A DNA stretch of 64,000 bases from Octopus sinensis. Its lineage: Eukaryota. The notes under the pieces are model-generated. The model made no database searches and was not told the DNA's origin. It saw only the letters and a list, made by a program, of their open reading frames with translations. The stretch spans positions 145,576,001 to 145,640,000 of the forward strand of contig NC_042998.1 in assembly GCF_006345805.1 (NCBI RefSeq). Reading direction: 5' to 3'. The first letter of the stretch is position 1; each line of letters opens with the position of its first letter. Positions 38,750 through 52,825 of the stretch are shown here, in pieces. A program made the translations under genes and the position numbers.

Positions 38750-39850
38750 ATATATAATATATATATATATATAATATATATATATAAAGGGAAAGTTTAC
38801 GAAAATAAACAAAAGATGAAGGCAAGGGAAGTACAAACAAACAAATGTATTAGTATAGCGCTCAGGAATAGAAAAAGTCTTTTACGTTTCGAGCCTACGC
38901 TCTTCGACAGAAAGATACACAGAAAAAAAACAAGGAAAGAAAAAAATGCGTGTAGGAGCTAACGATCTATCATGGCAAAGACAAAGATGGGGAGAAAGAG
39001 CAATTAAAGCCAACTCCGTGCGTGTTGAATGGCCGTTGTTTTTTAAAATAAAATAAAAACAAACGGACTTTTCTCCTTGGTACGAAAATGATGCAAGGCG
39101 GGCGAGATAAATGAAGTTTATTTTTTCAGTTACTGTGGTCAATACAATACTACTTTCACGTTTAATGTACAAACTCAATAATTCAATTTTTAAAAATTAA
39201 TGTAATTTAGAAGCGCATTTTACGATCTTCAGTTGTATATACCATATTTTAAGAAAAAATATAAATAACTATAAAAATATTTACCTTCATTTATGCACAT
39301 CAATTTGTAACCCAAAGTATTCAATATATTGAAAAAAGTGAAACAGGGAGAAGAAACAAACTTCATTTATATTCAAATATGCTTTATAATCTGTTGCTGG
39401 ACTGATAGCGGCAAATTATGTGTATGTATATATATATAAAGGCAAAGAGAAGGAGAAAGAGCAGTTAAAGCCAGTTCCATGCGTATTGAATGGCCGTTTG
39501 AATACCTTGCGTTACGAATTGATGTGGATAAATGAAGGTAAATACAGTTTATAGATATATTTCTTCTTAAAATATGGTATATACAACTGAAGATCGTAAA
39601 ATGTGCTTCTAAATTAAATTATTTTTTCTTTAAATTGAATTATTTAGTTTGTAAATTAAATGCGAAACTAGTTTTGTATTGACTACAGTAACTTCATTTA
39701 TCTCGCCCGCCTTACATCGTTTTCGTACCAAGGAGAAAAGTCCGTTTGTTTTTATTATATTTTTATTTCTAAAAACAACGGCCATTCAACACGCATGGTG
39801 TTGGTTTTAACTGTTCTTTCTCCCTTTCTTTGCCTGTATCTCTGTCTCTC
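38585..39850. repeat. composite of direct and inverted repeats (PLE pLTR-like architecture)
   Basis: Inverted arms 38990-39324 / 39498-39824; direct repeats 38585-38675 ~ 39335-39425 and 38985-39040 ~ 39440-39497; hammerhead-like motif at 38878-38915. Confidence 0.8.
38878..38915 (-). ncRNA. minimal type-I hammerhead-like motif (A6>U core variant)
   Basis: TCTTT-CTGTCGA-A-GAGC(GTAG)GCTC-GAAA-CG-TA-AAAGA: 5-bp stem I, 4-bp stem II, ACGT palindromic stem III, GUA triplet. Confidence 0.55.
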
Positions 39851-40025
39851 TCTTCATATATATATATACATGCGTCGCACAAGTTATGGATTTAGAGAAT
39901 CGGTAGCTATCATAGTAAGCTCTTGGTACGGACTCTGCTATCAGTCTACATACTAAACATTTACAAATTAGTGTGATATGTCCAGGCAGAGTTGACCTGA
40001 TGATTTAACCATGATGTTCTAGTGC

Positions 40026-40235
40026 ATGGCGCATAGCTCAGTAGTTAGAGAGTCGCACTCACAATCATCAGGTAGTAATTTCGATTCCCTGACCGGGCTA
40101 TGTTGTGTTCTTGAGCAAGACAATTTATTTCACGTTACTCCAGTTCACTCAGCTGTAAGAATGAGCCACGATGTCACTGGTGCCAAGCTGTATCGACATT
40201 TGCATTTCCCTTGGATAATATCGGTGGCTATTTCA
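40026..40235 (+). mobile_element. tRNA-derived SINE with a CORE/V-like segment
   Basis: GGCGCATAGCTCAGTAGTTAG (A box), TTTCGATTCCC (B box), TTGAGCAAGACA…CCAGTTCACTCAGCTGTAA. Confidence 0.7.
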
Positions 40236-40481
40236 AGTAGCTATTTCAACCGCTCTATTTGAAGTAGAGTTGTTTGACTAGGATAAAGATAGAATGCTGT
40301 TTAATTTCTCTCTCTTAGAATCTTATTGGGTCAAATATTGCATCGATTAATACAAATGATTACTGCATCGCAAAACTTAGGAATTTACCAATCTACCCGA
40401 AAGTGCGTAAGCTAACTGAAAAAATGTATAATTCTTCATATTTTTATTCTTCTCTTTCCTTCTCTCCCTCACTCTCTTTCG

Positions 40482-40569
<88 letters not shown>

Positions 40570-40672
40570 TTTTTCTCTCTCTTTTGTGTAAGGTTGGTAC
40601 AAAATGAACTGCATAGTGAAAAGAAAACAAAACAAAGTTGCAGTTTTACCATGTAAAAATCTGGCATGATAC

Positions 40673-40715
<43 letters not shown>

Positions 40716-40774
40716 GTATGTATGCATGTATGCATGTATACATGTATGTATATATATATATATAATATATATAT

Positions 40775-40806
<32 letters not shown>

Positions 40807-40817
40807 TAATATATAAT

Positions 40818-40864
<47 letters not shown>

Positions 40865-40947
40865 TTATGTATGCATGTATGCACGCATGTAAGTAAGTAT
40901 GTGTGTATGTATGTATGTATGTATGGATCGATGGATGGATGGATGGA

Positions 40948-41360
40948 TACCGTATTTGATGTCAGGCTATACTTTTGTAAAACAAATTACCATCAAAATA
41001 ACGTTTTAATTCCTCCACTTAACCTGTATAACTTTATGTTATTACCGGTACTTATAAGCAATTATTTGCATCCACATTCGATATAATCAAATCAATCATA
41101 GGCGATTGTTCACCAATAGATGGAAGCACACGTTTTGTAAACATACATACCGTTTTGAGCCTACATTGAGTGCATTGGACGCAGTGGTTTTTTTAAAGAC
41201 ATTTTGGGGTAAAAAAATGGTGAGTCGTGTAGGCCATCAAGTACTCTGTGTGTGTGTGTGTGTGCGTGCGTGTGTGCATGTGTGGACATTGGACGCAGGG
41301 GGATTTTTAAAGCCATTTGGGGTAAAAATAGGTGAGTCTTGTAGGCCATCAAGTACGGTA
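40948..41360. mobile_element. pogo/Tigger-like MITE, copy 1
   Basis: TIRs TACCGTATTTGATG / CATCAAGTACGGTA (13/14), TA ends, internal ~70-bp direct repeat (ATTGGACGCAG…GGCCATCAAGTAC). Confidence 0.7.
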
Positions 41361-41600
41361 TATATATATATATGTATATATATAAATATATGCATATATA
41401 TATATATATAATGTATTTATTTATTTTATTTATTTAATTTATATTAAAATTTTATGTATTGATTAAGTCTTTCCTTGTTTGGTTTTAAAATAGTGGTTTT
41501 GTCTCGAATTATGTTATATAATATTTTACTATAAAATTGGATTTAACCCTAAATCTGATTTTTCCCTGTAATTTTGGATTCATTCCCTAATATTTATTAT

Positions 41601-41635
<35 letters not shown>

Positions 41636-41670
41636 GTATGTATGCATGTATGCATGTATACATGTATGTA

Positions 41671-41777
<107 letters not shown>

Positions 41778-41868
41778 GTATGTATTTATGTATGCATGTA
41801 TGCACGCATGTAAGTAAGTATGTGTGTATGTATGTATGTATGTATGGATCGATGGATGGATGGATGGA

Positions 41869-42281
41869 TACCGTATTTGATGTCAGGCTATACTTTTGTA
41901 AAACAAATTACCATCAAAATAACGTTTTAATTCCTCCACTTAACCTGTATAACTTTATGTTATTACCGGTACTTATAAGCAATTATTTGCATCCACATTC
42001 GATATAATCAAATCAATCATAGGCGATTGTTCACCAATAGATGGAAGCACACGTTTTGTAAACATACATACCGTTTTGAGCCTACATTGAGTGCATTGGA
42101 CGCAGTGGGTTTTTTAAAGACATTTTGGGGTAAAAAATGGTGAGTCGTGTAGGCCATCAAGTACTCTGTGTGTGTGTGTGTGTGCGTGCGTGTGTGCATG
42201 TGTGGACATTGGACGCAGGGGGATTTTTAAAGCCATTTTGGGGTAAAAATAGGTGAGTCTTGTAGGCCATCAAGTACGGTA
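41869..42281. mobile_element. pogo/Tigger-like MITE, copy 2 (part of a tandem duplication)
   Basis: Near-identical to 40948-41360. Confidence 0.7.
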
Positions 42282-42514
42282 TATATATATATAATGTATA
42301 TATATAAATATATGCATATATATATATATAATGTATTTATTTATTTTATTTATTTAATTTATATTAAAATTTTATGTATTGATTAAGTCTTTCCTTGTTT
42401 GGTTTTAAAATAGTGGTTTTGTCTCGAATTATGTTATATAATATTTTACTATAAAATTGGATTTAACCCTAAATCTGATTTTTCCCTGTAATTTTGGATT
42501 CATTCCCTAATATT

Positions 42515-42624
<110 letters not shown>

Positions 42625-42700
42625 ATATATATATACATAATGTATATATATATACATAATGTATATATATATATGTATGTATATATATATATAATGTATA

Positions 42701-42736
<36 letters not shown>

Positions 42737-43347
42737 TGTATGTATGCATGTATGTATTTGCAAGACGCAGTATGTTCGTTTCTATTAATAGCATCCTTTT
42801 AAAGCTGCCTGTTTCGATTGTAAATTTTAATATCACTAAACATTAGTATCAGGTGTAATATTGTAATATTAGCCGGTGTTTTGTGTAAGTTCATTTACAA
42901 ATTAACTAATATACCATAAACTATTTATTTTCAGTTATATCAGTAGATCTTTTCTCTGTTGTAGCAAATAAAAACGAACTTAAAAAAAAAAAATGAACAA
43001 AGCCAGATTCGCTATTTACTAATATGTTGGTATCCGTTGCCTTCAGTTAACAAAACAGATGGTTGCTGGGTCAATAGATGGTCTCTAGATATGTGTGAGC
43101 AAATTTATTACTTTATAATTTAAAACTGAAAATTAATAAACATCCGATATATATGTATAACGATATTGTATTTTGAGCTAATAAATAATTTTTTTATGAG
43201 TCTTGCCGCTTCGTCTTGCTGTTTCAAGTTTTGTTCTTTTTGGCTTCATATATCTCGGTTTTATATATATGAAAATACGCAGACACAAAATACAAATATA
43301 CAAACTTACGTTCAATACACGCACTGACACACACACACACACACACA

Positions 43348-43418
<71 letters not shown>

Positions 43419-43619
43419 TGTTTAATCGATTAAAGATAATAAAAAATATATACTCATGTTTTGAGTTCTATTTATCCTGTGTTTGCGATACCAAGTCTGT
43501 ATACTCATGTGTATGTCTTTCCTTGTGTGTGTGTATACATACATACATACATACATACATACATACATACATACATACATACATACATACATACATACAT
43601 ACATGCATACATACATTTA

Positions 43620-44580
43620 GAGGATAATTCAAAATGAATAGTACAAAAAGAAAATAGTTGTAATGGATATATTACAAAACTACAGATGTAACATAAAAGG
43701 TTAACTCTTCAAGTTTTTTTCTGACAATCACAAACGCTCAGTATGAGCATACGTCTACGTGATAGTGTAGTTCTTACCACATCCGTTCCAGCATGGCCGG
43801 ATTGAGTTGACCGCATCACCTTTCCATCGCTTTAGCCCCTGTAAATCTTGTGGAAATAGGGGTATGAACACCTTGTCTTTCAGATACCCACAAAAGAAAA
43901 AGTCGCAAGACGTTAGGTCGGGGGACCGAGCAGGTGGCAGACCATCAATGACAAATCATTCATCCAGCAAGTTCTGCAAGATACTGGCTAATGGAATCGT
44001 GTACGTGTCTATTCCAATGTGGCTGTATAATAAATTCGAGTACCTCTTTACCTAACTGGGGCAACAACCAAATGGACAGTATGTCGAGGTATATACAGCC
44101 TGTAACGTTGGACCACGTGAAGGAGAAAGGCCTAAACACTCTTCAGTTTGTTATGGCACAGATTTATAAATCTTACGTCAAAACTTTATTGAAGACTTTC
44201 AACATATACTTCGCTTGTATCTCAGTAAATTTCAAATCTATCCTTAGCGTTGCGAAACACATTTCAGGAGTTATCCCCTACATTATTAACTGAATGCGTT
44301 CTTTAAGTTCAGCTAAACTATTGCTTCGTGCAGGGGATTCAGATAGAGAAAATGATTGGAGTCAAATTTTTAAAAAACTGTCATGTACAGATAAGCGGGA
44401 TCCAACAGGAATGAAAATAGAATTATTAAAAAGAAATTATAAAAATTATAGAATTCTAAATAAAAGTTTAAATTTATACACTTTTAACACATTAAACATG
44501 ATAAACATAAATAAAAGTGACTTCTTAACAAAATTGTCCGATTTCACTGATATTCATAGTTAATTCTGGGACACGTACAC
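43620..44580 (-). mobile_element. Tc1/mariner (maT/DD37D-like) relic
   Basis: Minus strand PPARSPDLTSCDFFFCGYLKDKVF (WPPRSPDLTPCDFFLWG remnant); degenerate TIR-like ends (…GTGTCCCAGAATTAAC). Confidence 0.75.
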
Positions 44581-44591
44581 ACATATACACC

Positions 44592-44656
<65 letters not shown>

Positions 44657-44800
44657 AGGGTGGCTTGTTAACAATTTCACAACCGAAGAGCAGAAATATA
44701 TATGTCGCTATTTCAAGCAATTCTGGTGTTGACCAGTGCCCTCAATCACTATAGTGACGTGTATATATATATATATAATATATATATATATAATATTATA

Positions 44801-44876
<76 letters not shown>

Positions 44877-44929
44877 TGTATGTATGTATGTATGTATGTA
44901 TGTATGTATTTATGTATGGAACCCCACCT

Positions 44930-46540
44930 TTCAGTGCGTTTGAGTTCTTTTCTGTACTGTTTCTGATGAAATAGTATGTTGATGGAGCTGCTCTTCTTTG
45001 AGTCTCCTGTTGCGATGGAGGTTCATCTGGCATCTCAGACATAAATTTCTCCAGACGCACCTCGTAAATCTCTAAGGTTGTTTGACCGGATATTGGACAG
45101 TTGAGGACCATTAAAACACGACCCGTTACAGTACTGCGCTCTTATTCCAGATGGAGAAGATGGAATCTTTGGTACCATGCAGTACTGTCCAGTTTGATTG
45201 AGAGCTAGATTTTCCAGAATCTTCAATATGTATATCTCTGCATATATTTCATGCCTTCTCTCTATGGATTAGAGCTCCAGTTCATTTAGCTTCTCCCAGT
45301 AGCTCATCTGTGTCGCAGAGTCTATCTTTTTTGTGCAGTGACGTTGGATTGCCACCCAGACGACTGAGAAAGAAAGTTCCCCATTAGAATAGCATGGTAT
45401 CTCTTTTCCTGGTTCTAAATGATTTCAGAATCCATCCAGCTACTCGCCTGCACACTGCTGCCATCTTAGTAATATGCACATTGACTGTGGAATCATTACT
45501 CATGTGGATTCCCAGGTCAATGCACTAACTCTGACTCTGGAATTGCACAACATCCTGGTCCTGTGTATTCCGACTGTAGTCTATTTGTGGGCTGACAATG
45601 GAGTACTTGAAACTTTTCAACATTGAACTACATGTTATTTTCATCAGCCCACTTGTATATTGCATTCAGGTCGTTTTGCAATTTATTATGCCATCAGGGT
45701 CCTTGGCATAATAGCTTGTGAGAGTGTCTGGAAGTATGACTGCGAGCATGTCTGAGAAAACCATCACAAACAGTAGTGGTCTCAGTACAGTATCTTGAGG
45801 GACACTGCTGCGAATTGATGTCTCACTAGAGAAAGCGCCATTGACTGCAACTGTCTGATTACTGCTTTTTAAAATGTCACGCCGCCACTCTCCCAGTTTT
45901 CCAGCGATTCCAAGGTCTCGCAGTTTGCGACATACCATCCCATGGTTAAGTTTGTCAAAGGCCTTGGCAAAGTCAAGATATATCACATCCAGATTCGAGT
46001 GGTTGAGATCCTGTTTCAGTATCTGGTCATAATGTTGTAGTAGCTACGTGAGACATTTCCTCCCTGGACAGAAACCATGTTGTGTGTTTGTGAGCAAGCT
46101 ATTTTCTTCCAGGAACGTGAGCAGCCTCCTTCAGAAAATGCTTTCCATGACCTTGTGAAGTAAGAGAGATAGGTCCGTAGTCATTAGCATCTGTTCTGCT
46201 TTCTCTTTTGTGAACAGGGCATATACTTTCTTTTAACAATTTGGGAAGTTTACCACATCCAAGGAAACTTTGAAAAGCAACTGCTCTGGTTTTACAAGAA
46301 CTTTCTAGCATATCTTTAAAATAACAGCTGGAAACATATCTGGTCCCGCTGCGGAGTTTGAGTTTATTTTATCAATGGCCGATATAACAACTTATTTTGT
46401 ATCGATATAATCGATAGTTGCTTCTTTCCCATGTAGATATACAGTGTTGAAAAACGCTTCAGGCTTGCTTATTTGCATGTTTCCCAGTGTAGAGGTCAAG
46501 ACACTTTGGAGTTGTTTATTTAGAATTTCACTTGTTTATT
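44930..46540 (-). mobile_element. CR1-type LINE fragment (RT to 3' region)
   Basis: DVIYLDFAKAFDKLNHG…WRRDILK…QTVAVNG…SVPQDTVLRPLLF; ESRTDANDYGPISLTS. Confidence 0.85.
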
Positions 46541-46899
46541 TAGCACTTCACTATGTATAATGACGTGTGTATAATTTACGTGTATGTGTGTGCTTCTGTG
46601 TGTGAATTAGATTTCTATGAAGATAATTCATCTGCATCTCTTGTTTACCTTGATATCGATTATAATCTGATAACGGAATTATTATTTGTGTGCTCAAATA
46701 ATTATCTATTTTTAACAGTTTACTTTTGGTATTTTAACTCGAACTCATCATCTTGATTGAAACAATTATAGATTAAACTATCAATGAATAAAAATAAAGC
46801 CCTTTTTTCCTATGGTATTTCTTTAAAAGAATCTAAATAAGTTAATAATTTCCAAGTCCTCTATCTCCCATCTTGTAAATTCATGAAGCAATTCTAAAC

Positions 46900-47420
46900 T
46901 GATTTTTTCCTCAATACAAGATATCTCATAATGATGGGAGTCACTTCTGAATAATATCTAGGACGAGTTGTCTCGCCTGTTTATGACTTTCAGGTGTTCT
47001 AACACCCAGTGCAATGTATGTTTGATAATTCCAAGCAACACCACACCGTACAACCATCTCTGTATTTGATCAACTGATTCATTTGTTAAATATTTATAAA
47101 TATTATTTTGATATTCTTTTTGCTTACTAAAATGATTACATGTTATATTAGGTAGTAGGTATACTGTCTTGAGGTTAATGACTGAAAGTCTTTTAAAATC
47201 TCATGAATCTTTCTGAAGATTCTTGCAAAAAACAGGATTGTACTTTTTTGCAAGTCGACAATGGGAGTCTCACTTCCAACACCTTTCAGTCTCTTAGACA
47301 GCAGTTTGAGGTTTGTGCAAAGTGCACCACTTAACACAAGAATAATTGCCATCTTAGTCCGTCAATGAGAACGATTACTGCCCATGTAGTATTTTTTCGC
47401 ATAACTTTATTCAATTTTGC
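46900..47420 (-). mobile_element. decayed RLE-type LINE 3' fragment
   Basis: AIILVLSGAL…LSKRLKGVG…IVDLQKSTILFFARIFRKI resembles the RLE C-terminus (PIIIGALG…LQK..LLG.ARI.RK). Confidence 0.55.
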
Positions 47421-47439
47421 AATGAACAATCTGGTGTGC

Positions 47440-47540
47440 TTATTTCGATGGCTTATCGATGTATACAGTGAGTTTATTTGTCCAAGGTGTCGGGAAGAAC
47501 ACGGCAAGAAAAGGAAACAAAGTTGAAAGAAAAATAAAAT
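47440..47540 (+). mobile_element. isolated Dong-type 3' UTR followed by (AAC)n(AAT)n
   Basis: GGCTTATCGATGTATACAGTGAGTTT…GGTGTCGGGAAGAACACGGCAAGAAA matches the 3' UTRs at 18830, 30120 and 35170. Confidence 0.7.
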
Positions 47541-47575
47541 AAAACAACAAAGACAACAGCAACAGCAACAACAGC

Positions 47576-47615
<40 letters not shown>

Positions 47616-47630
47616 CCAATAATAATAACA

Positions 47631-47674
<44 letters not shown>

Positions 47675-47679
47675 CAAGA

Positions 47680-49600
47680 CACTCTATACAGCATTTACCA
47701 AGTGAAATAAACTCCTACCAGCAAGCCGAAATAAACCAAAGCATTACACACTCAACACAATACAAGCAGTAACACAACAAAAGACAGAACCACACCTCAA
47801 GGAATAAAAGAAATAACACAAAACAGTACACAATTGTGTGTTGAGTGCGTAATGTTTTGTTTTTTTAACTTTCTGGTGGTAGTTTATTTCACTAGATAAA
47901 TATTTTATAGAATGTCATATTTGTGGGTTGTTTTGTTTAGGTTGTATTATTGGATTGATAGTGTCTTGCGTAGGATGTGGGCCGTTCCTAGTAGAACTAT
48001 TTTTTGGACAGTGTGTAGTATTGAGGATCCAGGTATAGCTTCTACACTTTTGTACATATGATTCTTTTATCATGCCCAATGCTCCAATCATTATTGGTAT
48101 TGTTTTTACCTTCATGGCCCACATTTTGAGTACTTCAAGTTTGAGGTCTTTGTACTTCGACAATTTCTCCATTTCTTCTTTAACAATATTTTGATCAGAA
48201 GTGACTACAATGTCTATTAGCTAGCAGGTGTTTTTCCCCTAATCCTTGACTACTATGTCTGGGCGATTAGCTTTATTACTTTGTCGGTGTGAACCGGCAT
48301 ATCCCAGATGATTGTGACCTGATCGTTGTCTTGTACCTTGCTTGGCACATGCTTATACCACCTGCTGTCAGTTTTGATGTTGTAATGTTGACATATTGCC
48401 CAGTGAATATAACTGGTTACTTTGTCGTGTCTGTATACATATTCAGACTTGGCAATGACTGAGCAGCCATGATGATGTGATCAACTGTCTTAGTGTGCTG
48501 GTTGCACATTCTGCATTTAGTGTTGAGACCTGTTTTCATTAAGTTTTTATAATTGTTTATAATCAGGCAATTGTTTATGGCTTCGGCTTTTAGTCCAGAG
48601 CTTTGGAGCCATTGTTGGCTTTTACTTAGGCTCACTTCTTCTCTGTCAAGCCTTGCAGGGTATTGGCCATGAAGTGATTTTTCTTTCCATTTCTTCTTCA
48701 GTATCTTTTGTAATTGAGTTTTCATGCTGTTTTTTGTCTCACTACTATTTCTGCAATGTTGTCTTCTGAGTTCAGTATGTCAGTGTATTTCGCTTCTGTT
48801 TTGTATTTTGTCGCTTCCTTGTGTATAGAGAAAAGCGTTTTCTTTTTCTCATGCATTACTACATGCAGTAGTCTTCCCCTCTTTGTTTCTCAGTACTTTT
48901 CTAGTCCAACTGTTATTTTATAGTAATTTTCTATTTGTATCAGGCCGCGACCTCCTTCTGAGTGAGATCGATATATTCTGTCTGCGTCTGCTTTGGGGTG
49001 CTGACTTCGGTACGCTGTTAGTAGTTTTCTGATTTTTCTATCTAAGTTTCTCAGTTCACTGATCTTCCAGGTTATTAAGTTAAAGCTGTAGCTTATGACT
49101 GGTATGGCGAGCGTGTTTATCCCTACTATCTTATTTTTAGCATTAAGTTCAGTGTTTAATATTAGTCTAACTCTTCTGTAATACCTTCTTTTAATTTTCT
49201 CTTTCATTTTTATGTGTTGTATTTTAGCTGTTTCTTCTATTCTTAGATATTTGTGTGGTAGGTGAGGTCTGATTCTCTAATTTCTGTGTCTATGTGAAGT
49301 ACAGTGTTTTTAGTGCTGAATAATTTGCCTCTTCTGAGTGTAAACCGGCACATTTTCCCAGCCCCATTCTCATTCCGATGTCATTGCTGAAACTCTGAAC
49401 AATTTTGATGGGTATAGGGTAGGTTTTAATAACTTGTGAGTCATTTTTTAATGTTATACTAGTTTTCCAGTTTGCCATTGCATGCTTAATATATTTTAGT
49501 AGTGGTGGGGCTACTTTATTTGTGAGAAGAGATTTCAGCATCCATGAATGTGGAATACTGTCGAATGCTTTCTGGTAATCAATCCAAGTCATGTTCAGTA
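47680..49600 (-). mobile_element. decayed R4/Dong-type LINE (further family) with internal deletions
   Basis: MTWIDYQKAFDSIPHSW joined almost directly to SFSNDIGMRMG (RT core deleted); KEKIKRRYYRRVRLILNTELNAKNK; SSGLKAE; KLSKYKDLKLEV; (ATT)n flanks. Confidence 0.85.
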
Positions 49601-49609
49601 TTTTTATTA

Positions 49610-49667
<58 letters not shown>

Positions 49668-49677
49668 CATTATTATT

Positions 49678-49715
<38 letters not shown>

Positions 49716-49744
49716 TATTATTACTATTATTGTTATTATTATTA

Positions 49745-49775
<31 letters not shown>

Positions 49776-50278
49776 ATTATTATTATATTATTATTATTAT
49801 AAATTACACTTTAATTCAATGATCGTGGTAGTTCAGCTGATCAAACAGCTGAACGCTAATGGTTGGTCAGAAATTCCCACCGAGATCCATTTATAATCGT
49901 ATTTAATCTTCTAGATTCTAAGAACTGAGGAAACAAGTACATAGACATGCAGATATTATAAAAATACGAACATAAGAGACACCATCATGACAGTAAAATA
50001 ACAGTAAAGGAGGGAAATGTCCAAAGAAAGTAACGAGAATGAACGATAAATATTGGAGGTGATCTGCACAACAGGTTGGATATCTTTGAAAATATAAGAT
50101 ATGATGGCAAACAAAGGAATTGATAGAAAGACAAATTACACCAGTTCAGCGGTAAATAATATAAAGCATCTCAGGATTATGAACCGTGTGGAATTATGGG
50201 AGAGAGCTAGATCCTGTAGTGGACAGGTCAAAGCTTTTCTTTATAATGATAATTTAATATCTATCTGATTATCTACAT

Positions 50279-50367
<89 letters not shown>

Positions 50368-50520
50368 ATTCTTTCTGTCTTTCTTTCTTTTTGCTTATTT
50401 GTCTATCTTTTTTTCTAACATTCTTTCTATGAAGCAATCACACACACACATACATATAACAATATATATTTTTTACTTAAAGTTTAATACATAATATGTA
50501 TATGTATATATATATATATG

Positions 50521-50567
<47 letters not shown>

Positions 50568-50578
50568 TATATATATAT

Positions 50579-50610
<32 letters not shown>

Positions 50611-51350
50611 CTCATATATACATACATATATATACATACATACGCAAACACAGACATGCACACGCACTGATACACAAGCATACATATATGCATATAGGTA
50701 TGTGTGTATACACACATACATACACATACTGATGCATACACATACTGACATACGGGCGTGTGTATATACATATATATATATAGACACTCACGCATACATA
50801 TACACACACACAAACCAAACGTAATACATACATGTACATGCATACACACAGACGTACATCTTCCAAGAATAGCGTTTTCCAATATCTATTTTAGATATAT
50901 GATTAGCTATTATCGATTCCAACAACCATTGAAAAGAATCTTTATATTTTCGTTATTTCATATTTTTACCGCTTGCGCAGGCTTTTAGTCAAGTTATAGC
51001 TTTGACTAGAAGTGCTATCATAGAAATACCATCTCTTGTTCACTAATTGAAAACTATTTACTACATATCACTGCAACAAAACTCTTCTTGTAGAAAACTG
51101 CAGCTCAGTGTCCGACGAGTGGTCAAACGAGTTAACGATGGAGTTTATTTTATGTGCTAAAAATAGCAGCTACATATATTTTCAGACCATGGTCTACCAT
51201 ATCAAGCGAAATGTATATATTGGATAATGTATGTCTGTGAGTTATTCTGTGCCTGAAAAGGAAGACTGGTTGGATATAAATTGGAAGGCTTTTCATTGTG
51301 GATGTTTGTGTTCAGAACCACCGTAGGAGCTAAACAATAAGAACAGCAAC

Positions 51351-51383
<33 letters not shown>

Positions 51384-51385
51384 GC

Positions 51386-51416
<31 letters not shown>

Positions 51417-51630
51417 GCAGCTACTACTACTACTACTACTACTAGAATTATTACAACATAGATACTACTACAGATAACAATTATACTACTGCTATAAGTA
51501 CAATTGCCATTACTTCTACAACTACTTAGAGGACCATTAAAGCAATTGCATATACTTTATCCTACTACTAAAAATACTATTAGCATTACTAATGCCATAG
51601 CAACTACTACTATTACATACTACTACTACG

Positions 51631-51676
<46 letters not shown>

Positions 51677-52621
51677 TTACTACAGTAACTATTACCAACA
51701 CTACTACTTCTATAACTACCACAACAGTTACAATTACACTACTACTACTACTATTACAAATAGTACTCCTACAATGAAGAAATTTAATCTCAGAGAATTT
51801 CACAGCATCATACCTTCTAACGGTGTGTTTTCATTTGTATGACACACAGACGGTGACTTTGATTTAATGTTGTTTCAATTGCGTGAAATGAGTTTTACTA
51901 CAGCTCGGCGAGCTTCTGCAATATTCATTTGCCTGGCATGTATACTTTCAAAGTTCTATTCAAAGTTTCCAACACATCGAGGTATGAGTTTCATTTAAGC
52001 AGGAGACAATCGGATGCGCGACATTAATGAGCTTCAAGAAAGGCGAAATATATTTGTCGCTCTCATAAATCATAGCAATGATATTCAGCTCACTCCAATA
52101 TGGAGTCTGGAGCACGGTTTTTAAATGAGTCTGTGAAGAGATTTTATTTCAGACAATTCGACCGCATCATTTCTTCTTATGATGTGCTTATATTTAGTAT
52201 GATGCTAGAGAGCGATAATATCCAAACCTTCGCAACTTCCCATACCATCTTCACTTCAGCCTCAAGTTCCTATTCACTTCTTATCCCTTCCCTTTCTCTT
52301 AACCTTACCCAGCTCCTCTCTCCTGAAACACGTTACTCCAGTCACGTCAAGAGTCTTTCACTTTCTTTTAAGCGTTAAACTAATACGATATTAGTTAACA
52401 ATTTGTGCCTCCTCTGCATTGGCTTCTTTCATTGAGTTCATTGCCTTCATTATACCAGGCGTAGCGGGAACTGGATACAAGCTAGGACTTGATCACGTGG
52501 CTAAGAATATCTGATTGTTGAATGATCCGAAACACCTAATGAACCAATGAAACATCACTGATGATGTGTGCAAGTGCATTACAGGGTGATGTATAACCAA
52601 AGTAGATAAACGTGTACTTAT

Positions 52622-52792
52622 ACGGGCGCAGGAGTGGCTATCTGATAAGTAGCTTGCTTACCAAACATATGGTTCCGGGTTCAGTTCCACTGCGTGGTAC
52701 GTTGGGCAAGTGTCTTTTTACTATAGCTCGGGCCTACCAAAGCCTTGTGAATGGATTTGGTAGACGGAAACTGAAAGAATCCCGTCGTATAT

Positions 52793-52825
<33 letters not shown>

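Noticed and set aside
52556-52600. CTGATGA as a snoRNA C box or hammerhead core
   Set aside because: No D box or GAAA at a suitable distance.
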